A stretch of 60,016 nt of DNA, the filler included, from Sphacelaria rigidula (taxonomy: Eukaryota), in the NCBI GenBank assembly GCA_964200075.2. It is 5 parts of 5 records of this genome, joined end to end, with 100 filler letters (N's around TTAATTAATTAA, not from the genome) between each part and the next. Parts side by side here need not be neighbours in the genome. Positions count along the whole stretch, not along the records: positions 48,094 to 60,016 come from CAXNAA020004334.1; 4 more parts are not named here. One strand, given 5' to 3'. A model generated the notes under the pieces. It did not search any database and was not told the DNA's origin. It saw nothing but the letters and a program-made list of their open reading frames with translations. Positions 50,851-60,016 of the stretch are shown here, one piece after another (the stretch's first letter is position 1; the number at the start of each line of letters is the position of its first letter). The position numbers were made by a program, and so were the translations under genes.

Positions 50851-52607
50851 TCCACATCTTATTGTTGTTTATTATTGGTGGTGGCGTTGTTGTTTATGTT
50901 GTTGCCGTGGCTTCCTTTCTTCTTTCCTCTCTGTGGCTGTTGCTTTCGTGTTTTTCTGCTTCTTCCCTTCTTTTTTCTTGTTCTGTTCTTTTTTGCTACT
51001 CATGACCATCGGTTGGATGGCTGCAATGAGCTACCGTGAGATAATCAAACAATCAGTCTATCAATCAATCAATCCCTGTCCCCGTCTTGGGCGGCCCAGC
51101 CTGTGGATATTTAGGTAGCTCATGAGCTGTCCAACCTGTGTTTGCACTTTCGATACACATTCCATGGGATATGCTCAACGACTGTGCTCGATGTGCTGGA
51201 TTTCCTGGCGCTGATGGACAAGGTCTGCGCTTGCGTAGCGGCGGAAAGGATCTATCGAAGGGGTTGCCTTTACGCCGTATGTCCGGGCACATGTCGCGAA
51301 ACATGCTGCATCTAGAGAGGAAGAGGCCAATCCTTCAGCCTGCCGCACAAAACCCCAACAGTGTCGCAAGCAATGAAGGTCGCATATTCCCAACCACTGG
51401 ATGAATTCAGTTCAAAGTTAGCATGGAGACTCAACCGGATATTTAGGACGGTCGTGCCTATTTTCTAGGGTTTGCTAGTCCTGACGCTCGAGGTCGGCGC
51501 GTGCGGAGCGAGGGAAGGGTGCACAAAGGGGGCCGTTTTTTGGTGCTTTTGGCTGGGGGCGAACAGCGTCACCGCTCGTTCTAGGCTCTTACCGCATAGG
51601 TGATGATGTTTCCACTTGCTCATGCTCCTCTAGAGATATGTCGCGATCCCATAACTCAGTATTGGGGGCTTTTACCTCACTTCGTGCCCAGATCTTGCTT
51701 GGTGAAGCTTGTGATCTGCTATGATGTTGTCGAGGCCCATATCCTACTTGTTTGCCTCACGTTATTTTCCAGGTTGACGAGCACCCCGCAAAAAAAAAAA
51801 AAGGCCTTCCTGACTTCTCCCATTATTACTGAAGAGCGAACGGAAAATTCAAAGGATAGGGCGGCAGCCTGACAGAGGCCAGGGTGACGCAGGGAGATAG
51901 CTGAGAGGAACAGAGAGGGGGTAGAGCGAGAGTGAGGAGGGGAGGGAAGCCCAAAGTGACTTCTTGTACCAAGAAATAGTAAACAAGAAGCAAAGCCATG
52001 CAGGCGTTGCCGTTGGATGCCGATCGTCGTGGTGGAGGTGGTGGTGTTGGAATGGCGGCTGCGGGCGGTCTCTCCATCAACAATAATAGAGACGAGGAAG
52101 AAGGAGGGAGGCACGGGACGGGAGGTGGGGGTGAAGCACGCCCTCGGTGGGGTGAAGTACGCAACGAGGTGAGAGCTATAGCATCCAATGAATTCGAGCA
52201 GACGTAAGGGCAGCAGGGGGGGGGGGGGGTGAGAGCGCGGTGGGCGCAGGCGGGGGCAGATTGTCGCGTATCAAGCACCCGCTCTACATTTTGTGACTGT
52301 TATTATGCGCCGGGTCTTGGCAGGGCTATTTCTTCTCATTTTTCAACGATAGATGATGAGCCCTGTTTCCTTGCCTTGATTCTTATACATGATGCTCGGT
52401 TGAACGTGCTGTACACATCCACCACGCTCTGGCAGCGATAGCACAGGCAGTGGCCACTGCAGTCACAGTAGTGTCCATCGTTGTGCATGAGACTTTGGCC
52501 CTTTGATCGCCGGAGGTGTCCACGGGTTAAATCGGGATGATCTCAAATCACCTCGAATTCATTTTTCAAGGCTTCAACTGTTGTCCGAAAGTTTCCCAGC
52601 TTTGGCC

Positions 52608-55067
52608 CTAAAACCACGGGGGTAGTCCATCTGGGACATGCATACTTGTTTCCAGTGAAGTTGATGCCGATTCTACGGATGACCCACTCTCGCCGTCTAA
52701 GGGCTGACCTCTTGGCCGCGAGGGTTGTCCACCTGGATCATGCGTACTTATTTCAAGTGAGATTGAAGCCGATTCAACAATTGATCCATTGTCGCCGGCG
52801 GAGAGGGTCCGTGTTCCACTTATTGTATTTGCGCGAGAGTTTCGCCACCCGGGTCGCAACACTGTCTGTACTTGTGTATTCTCCTAGATCTTTTGCCCCG
52901 GGGTCATAATATTTTGTGTCACATGGGTTGACACGTCACAGTCAGTGCAGCAGTACCAGAGGCGTGCGGCATGAATCAAAGTCATGACGTTTGGCGAGAC
53001 TGGTTCACGCGAGTACGTTGATAAGAAAACATGGTTGACATCGTTTTGCTTGCAACTGTCAAACTACATCCGGTGTATATCTTGGACGTTTGATTGAGAT
53101 CCGAACCGAACCCCCAACCCTTGACAAATCTGTCACCCTCGTCCACGTAGGTAGGGGCGAGGGAGTAGACTTCAGAGGGTACCGTGTTGGGTTTTCTTGA
53201 TCTTTAGTCGTCACCAATGACTTCCATCTTGAGGCTCCTCTCCGCCTTGGATTCGAAGTAGTTGCTGCTCAAGACAGCGGACCACCCAGTCCATCATACG
53301 TATGCACCGTTGACCGCCGGGGGTGGTGGTACATACGAGCCTCACTCATTTTTCCAGTGAAAATATATGCCAAGCACTACGATTGATGGCCCGCCCTGAC
53401 GGACAAGAGATGAACAATTTACTTGCGCATCCGCCCGTTCGTGCGTGTATGTCTGTACGCTGACCTGGCCTGCGCGAGCGGGGTTTTATCACCGCTCATG
53501 GTTTTGAATATCAAGAGAGATATACGGAAGTGCACGACGGAACCCTCCATGTCATGTGACTTCAGTTTGGTCCACGTTTCGCGTGTTTTGTTTTTTGTTT
53601 TTTCTCGAGGGAAGGAACCGCTCACACAAGGTTGGCATGACAGTTCATTGTTCTGAGTCGCGATAGGGCGTGCCACACGTCCATGTACAGACCGTATATC
53701 GTATTCATGTTATCATATGCTGGTCAAAGCGATGATCCTCAGAAATTCGGTGTGCAGCAGACGTAAATCAGATGTTTTGGCTTTCTTGTCGGGAAGTACA
53801 GTGTTCGTGCTGGGACGACTTTTTGGACAGCACATCGTCTTCATCCGACCAAAACTATGGATTCAAATTGTACGAAGTATTTTTCAATATGATCGCTCAC
53901 ACGATTGTGAAAAATGAACGCACCTTCACGGTTGTGTTGTGTGGAAGGGTGTATTCATGATCATGCATGCCATAGTCATGAGACCGTTGACCTCGCATCC
54001 CTACAAAGCCGGGACGTAGCACGCCGGGTTTCCGCGAGACTAGACTCTCACTCAAACCACCTAGCGCGAAGCGCCGTGGTGTGGTCGGCGAGCCGCATTA
54101 AGGGTGAGCTGCACCTTCAAAGATTGTTCGGCTCGAAGCCTACTTATAAATACTTGTGTGGATGGGGGGAAAGCATTACAGTTCATGCCTTCGCCGATTT
54201 CGATTTTGACACCCATAGAGCCAACACCGAGGTTTCGAGCACAACAATATGCCGTGCTTCGATCGCATATTTAGCAAGTGGCGGAGAAATGAGACCAATT
54301 GCAATCCTCCCAGACATGTTGCATGCGTTTTACGGGCATTCGAGTGCCTATAGTGGTGCATTACAGACATTGTCATCATAATAGTATAACAACGGGTGGA
54401 TTGTCTAACTTCTCACCGAATGACGCATCATATAACGATCAACCATGTTTGTGTGTTGGCTTTGAACATCACTGTTATTGTACAACCACGGTACAATGGA
54501 GTTTACCAGCATTGGGTTACAAATATTCATGGTTGGTATTACTAGCCTTGTTTTGAAACACTATAATATCTCCCCGATGACGACGGGTCATTTTCGTATC
54601 CGAATTTTTCCGAATATGCGCCGCCGATGAAACGCCCTCGACGTTGGGCTCCCCTCCCCGCCCCTCACCCTTGATGCACAGACGAGCCTTATTGTTCACG
54701 ACCATGACACAGCACGACGCAAACCGTCAACGTGCGCCTACCACACCAGTACGGGGCTGGCATGAGTACAAGCACCCCTGCTAAATAAACCCATTGTACT
54801 CTACTCTCGTTCACTCACAATCTGTACTAGAGGCTGTGTAATAGTAAATCTGCGGTTTCTCCGACTAGCTATGGTGGCGATCTTTGAGTGTGCCTGAGGT
54901 TGTTTTTTGAGTTGCCCCACGTCCGGTGGCCTGGCGAATCCCTTCGTGTCATCTGCATTTTCTTTTATTGTCTTCTCTTTTATTTCCCTTTTCTGTCGGT
55001 GTGCTTTTCTTAGCAGATCTGAAGGGGTTTTTTTCACCCCGTTGAACACGGGGAAGCCACTTTTCAT
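52608..55067 (-). CDS. Candidate exons of an unidentified gene (e.g. 55067-54819, 52885-52608)
   Basis: Lys-rich ORF ending ATT|GTGAGT; putative terminal exon with duplicated peptide GxxGSxVESASxSLExSxHxPxG; chain not resolved. Confidence 0.3.
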
Positions 55068-56721
55068 GTTTTTCTTGGCGTCTCTCCTCTTATTTTCATT
55101 TTGGTAACATTTGCGTTAATTGCGTTTGTTTATTTAATTAGGCTGGAGTCTCTAAAAAAAATGACACCAGTCGGGAGCTCCTTGGAAAGGGCCTACGGCT
55201 CACGCGGCATATCTGAAAAGCTGTGTTTAAGGACAGGTCGTCGGCGCAAGTTGCAGGCTGAAAACGTGATCATGTCCCGCGTTCGGTGGCGTGCATGGTG
55301 TTGCTCAGTACGGGTGCCATGCGGGCCCCATGATACGCCGATAGTTGGCGGCCATGATTCGCGTTCCCACCCGTCACCACGCCTAGGGTGTAGTATGTGG
55401 ACTGTGCAATCCGTCTGAAAAAGAAGCATCCCAATTGCTTTCATTACAAATTTAAACAGCATGATCGTTTGCATGCATGCCTGGCGGCGCAGCTGGCGGC
55501 TTTCAAATTTGAAAACTCTGTCTCGACCAAAATAAAGTGCAGTATAACTGCTAATGCGATGTACTGTCTGTACTGTCTGTACTGCATTTGATAGTACCGT
55601 AATACTGCGTACCGGATCTGATATGCGGCGTAAACAGGGCGTAGCCGAATCTCGTGTTTATTTGGATACTTCCCTGCGGTAAACTCCCAATTTTCAGAGC
55701 AACCTTCGTCGTGGATTTATCGCCTACGACTTCGCGTTCCCTCATGAAGCTTTGCGCACGAGTCGGACACAACACAGGCAAACATATGCGCCAAGCGCCC
55801 GCACGATCGGGCCGCGCACAAAATACTAACATGGCCACAAGCGATTTCGGGTAATGCCGTCGATGCTCCCTCAAAGCGGCTATCCCGCAGTCCAGACTCC
55901 GTGCACTAGAGATGAACGCATTTATGCACGCGCACGTCCACTAACTTCGACACCTTGAGCGGCTGGGCGGCCGATATTGTAGCAAACTGACACGGGTGAC
56001 CTTTTCTGGATCATGACCATCGGTAGTGTACCGATCGTCATATTGTCGGCAGAGGTGCGCAGTTCATGACGCACGGCCTTACGCGCGCTGTAGAGGGTGA
56101 AAGGTGCTATAACTTGGGTCATATGTTATGAGAACCACAATCAACAGTTCCACATCACTATCTCTGGTGCTGCGCGGTGCAGCAGTGTGCGCACAAGGAT
56201 TCTGTTCCGCATTTTTTTTTTCTGGCGCAACATTGTAAATCTGAGCAGTTCCTTTTTGTCTCCGTTTGCGAGCATCACCCCCGATTGTTCGAGCTTTGGG
56301 GGTCACTGTAGTCCCTAATCCGTTGGGCATCAACCAGTGTAGAACGGCGGTTGTGGGTCACTTGAGCAGCGTACAGAGAGATGGGATGTACGTGTCTGCG
56401 AACGTTCGTGCACTGCTCAGCGTTTCGCAGGTTTCCGTCCAAATATGAGGTAAAATGATCGATGAAAGCAAACCGAATTCTGCAAATTGGACGGGTGTTC
56501 CGCCCGATGGAGTGTCACGGTCTTTACCACTACTCCAACAGTACGATGCGACGGAGTTGAAATAGTGGGCAGAGCAAAAAGTGACAATAATAAAGAGTTT
56601 CGGAAAAGTTTTTTTTCGCATCTTAGAGTCAGGGTGGAGGGAAAAATAGCCGGCATCGGTGCACATTCCACTCTGAGTTTTTTCTCAGCGCGATTTTTCC
56701 AGAGTCAGAGGGCGTGTCGTA

Positions 56722-57095
56722 GGCCCTGTCTTTGCACATCAACTTTTGATCGAAATTGTTCGGTGGAAAGCAAAAATCTCGATCTGATACGTCGTAATTT
56801 CAACCATCGCCGTTAGTTTTGACGATGGCTGAAATCACGACTGATCAGATCGGAATTTCTGTTCTCTACCGCACTTCTTTGATAGAAGAATGATGTGCTC
56901 AGGGCGTGTCTTATTGTAGCACATTAGATTCCAATGGAAAATATGCGGCGGAAAACAAAAGTCCCGATCTGATGGGTCGTAACTTCAACCATCGTTGAAA
57001 ATTTTGAAGATGGTTGGAATCACGGCCTATTAGATCAAGATTTTTGTTTTCGACCGCTCAATTTCGATCTAGAATTGATGTGCCAAGACATGGCC
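56722..57095. mobile_element. Double-hairpin MITE with GGCC termini
   Basis: GGCCCTGTCTTTGCACATCAA / TTGATGTGCCAAGACATGGCC; two internal TTCAACCATC..GATGG(C/T)TG hairpins. Confidence 0.7.
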
Positions 57096-58360
57096 TGAGA
57101 CATGGCCCTGGCACTTTTCTCTTCGATCGAAAAAACGGGGCGATGGAATCGATTTGAGCGAATTTCCTCGTATTGATGCAGTTGGGTCCAGATGGATTTT
57201 CAACCTTTCAATCGAAAAAAGACAGAAATTCGTGAAACGACACATGGTTACTCATCTACTTTATAGACAGTCTGTACTGTCAGCACTGCTTGCAAGCAGT
57301 GTCTTGGGTGCGTGTGTGCGTGTTTTGTTCAGGAGGATATAGAAGAGAAGCGGGCAACGTGCAGTGCAGACAGCCCAGGACTATCAGTTCTCTCTGCCCA
57401 CAATGCGACGTGAAGAGGACTTCAACAACGTGCAGCTTTGTGCTGCCTGCGCTGTCCATGACCCTGCACACAAGTCGGTTGCCCACCGTACCACGCAGTT
57501 CCGTCGCTGATCCCGACCATGAGAGAAGATGCGCAAGTTTTCGCCAACAAAAAAAACAAAGCACACCCAACTACTGCAGTGTATCTATCCCTGGACCCAA
57601 CTCGTGCCCTATGCTGCAGGGTTGCGGTGGTAGCTGAGAATGAGTTGGATGGGGTCTGCATGGTCCTGTGAACAGGGTGTTATCTGGCCTGGTGGTCTGT
57701 AAGATGGGAGTCACGTGCTGCTTCGTGCCTTTCGATCGCATGTTTTCGATCAAAAACGATCGTGTAAACCTCGATGCATTCTTCTCCTCGCGCCGCTAAT
57801 TATAATTTTGAGTTCAAGCCTTTTGGGAGCATAAGTGCGGTGGACCTATCAGATCGACGAAAAATAAATCGACCGGAAAAAAAAAGGTGCTGAGACACGC
57901 CCAGAGTGCCGTTTGCACCTCTTAACTCTGAAAAACGTTGTTCCTCTCCAGAGTTTATAGTGGAGCGAAGAAGAACCACGCCCACCTTCACCACTATGGT
58001 CACGGCCAGTCCGAGGTCAATACGCCCCAACGAGCAAAGTGAAACATCCATCATCCATCACAATTGCCATGCTCATCACCATGGGCCATTCACGAAGTAG
58101 AAAAGCTTGGCATCGCAATCAGAAGACCTCCCTGACGCCGCCATGGTATGAGCATTCGCTTGCTTGTATTGCGTGAATATTCAAATGCTCGGCGGGTACA
58201 CGACGTCGTCTTGGGTGCAGTTCCTCACTCTTGCCAGCCTCAGCTGGAAGAAGACGGTGTGAACGATTCGTAGTCTACAGCGTACAAGTAGCACTCCACC
58301 TGGCTGCATTCCCATCCCGTCAGAGATCGTGGCGTCTTGCACCACCGTCATGGGTAGCAG

Positions 58361-59480
58361 CATATCCTGAAAGTCGATCTCTAGTACTTCCCTGGGATGT
58401 AGAAATCGGCTCGGTAGCATTGCTACTTGTTGCGTTTGTGCCCTTCTCCTGCGTCTGCATCCGCATGATGAAACGTAGTCACGGCAATATTTGTTCAGAC
58501 TGATCCAGTGGAAGCGGTTTCGTAGCAGGATCGTGGTGTGCGCTACTCCAGTATGTCCGTAGTGTGCGTGCACAAGTGCTAATAGGTCGGGTACTAGCTG
58601 TCTTGGTATGGCTAAGGTTGGCTCATGCTTATTTCCGGTAAACCACAAGAGGCCCTGGTGGTCCGATGTAGCGATCTGACGTAGTTCCAGGCTCAGCCTT
58701 TCTCGTCTCGCTGGTAAAGACGATCGAGTCTGACTCAGGTGGGGATCGTTCTTCTGGTTTTCGATCAGGCCGGATAAATCAGATGGAGTATTGATCGCTT
58801 TGTTGATGACGGAGTTGTGGCTATTGGGCGAGCCACTTCTCGAGTGGTCGTTTCCGTGTTCCATCAAGACAACAGGGGAACTGGTTCCTGACTGTCCGAC
58901 AGTGTCTGCTGGGCGTCTGTGTAGGCTGGGGGGATGCTCTGCGGTACGGAAATGGATTCGTTGATTGTGAAATCCTTGAGTCTGACAGGACGGGTGCGGG
59001 TTTTGCTAGATCTGCGTGGTTCATCCTGGACTTTTGTCATGCAGTGCTATCACCTCTTCTCGAGCGAAATGACATTTCCGACAGCTGAGCCATCGTCTCA
59101 CTTACTGCTGCCTCATGTGCTTATATGTCGGATATTGGGCTTGACTCTTGTCGTGTGACTTTCATCTGTTGAGCAGTCTATGGTATCTGTCGGGTCTATC
59201 ATCATCGACCACAACGCTGTGATGGACGCAGATCCTACCAGCATCCCGGTCTCTTCTCCTAGTTGGCTCAAGGGGATTCTATCCAACACCGGTCCTTGCG
59301 GGTCCTTCGTGCACCGGTCGGATTTTAGAAATGGGTCATCCGGAAAGGCGTCGTCAACAATTGTACCTTCTATGGTGTTGCCAAATAGGCGGGATAGAGC
59401 ATCGGGAAGTTGGTGGCATGTTCCTGCTCTCCACTGTAGGATCGTGTCGTACTCCAGTAAGCGTTGCCAGTGACAAGCGT
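58361..59480 (-). pseudogene. Ty3/Gypsy pol remnant (RNase H end, integrase Zn-binding domain, start of core)
   Basis: WQRLLEYDTILQWRAGTCHQLPDALSRL; LAIPRQLVPDLLALVHAHYGHTGV..RFHW..DYVSSCGC..EVLEIDFQDM (HHCC); order RH then INT; frameshifted and truncated. Confidence 0.88.
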
Positions 59481-60016
59481 ATGCTACTACGTTCTCGACA
59501 CCCTCACTCGTCTGGCATAACGTCGCGCCGGTTGTAGATCCAGCAGTAATAATACACGTCGTTACACTAATATAACAGTCCGGCGGTATTGAGGCGGGCT
59601 GGGCTTCGGAAATGTGTCTCCAGAAATATATCTCTTCGGACGCGTGAGACATTTCTGAATCTACGGTGAAGGCCCTGTAGAGGAAAACTAGGCGGCGGGC
59701 GGTGGCCGACCAGGCTTTCCCCTGTTTCGATAGTTAGGTTATCCGGGGAGAGCCGTGCGGCCTCTGCTGCATCGGGTTGGAGAGCGGATTCCATCACTAG
59801 TTTACGCAGCCACTCAGTCCTGGGGTTGGCGTCGGTTGACGATGACGCTGTAAAACACGCCACTCACTGCGTAAGCTAGGCAAACAGGTTACCAGGGTTT
59901 TCTTCGCGCGCTTGCGTTTTTTTGCCGTAACGATGATGGTAGTCGAGGTATAGTAGTCAGCGTCAGAAGTTTTCAGAATTCGTGGTCGTCCTTTTTTCTG
60001 AGTTTTTCTGGAGTAC

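Overview
Eukaryotic, intron- and repeat-rich DNA, inferred to be a brown alga (Phaeophyceae, probably a kelp-type genome). The inference rests on spliceosomal introns, TTAGGG repeats, a heterokont-style signal peptide + 'AF' presequence and the retroelement/MITE content. The window is NOT contiguous. It is five size-sorted contigs (1-11924, 12025-23947, 24048-35970, 36071-47993, 48094-60016; 11,923-11,924 bp each) joined by artificial N44-TTAATTAATTAA-N44 linkers, so cross-contig neighbourhoods mean nothing. Supportable genes: PEX16 (21631-23727,+); a divergent TBC/Rab-GAP gene (about 178-4987,+); exon 1 of a MaoC/enoyl-CoA hydratase 2-type gene (31617-31863,-) head-to-head with an AT-hook + SANT chromatin protein (32474-34795,+); and an orphan gene with a SAM-like segment (about 14114-18375,-). 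The rest is a dense set of non-autonomous transposons (Tc1/mariner-, pogo-, Harbinger-, Sola- and piggyBac-like MITEs, foldbacks), tRNA-derived SINEs and Ty3/Gypsy remnants. No prokaryotic-type system (CRISPR, retron, TnpB/Fanzor) is supportable. The most unusual structures are MITEs carrying telomeric repeats, a mariner-like MITE family carrying a tRNA-like Pol III cassette, and TIR elements built from 42-bp hairpin arrays. All exon models and family assignments were made by eye, without database searches.
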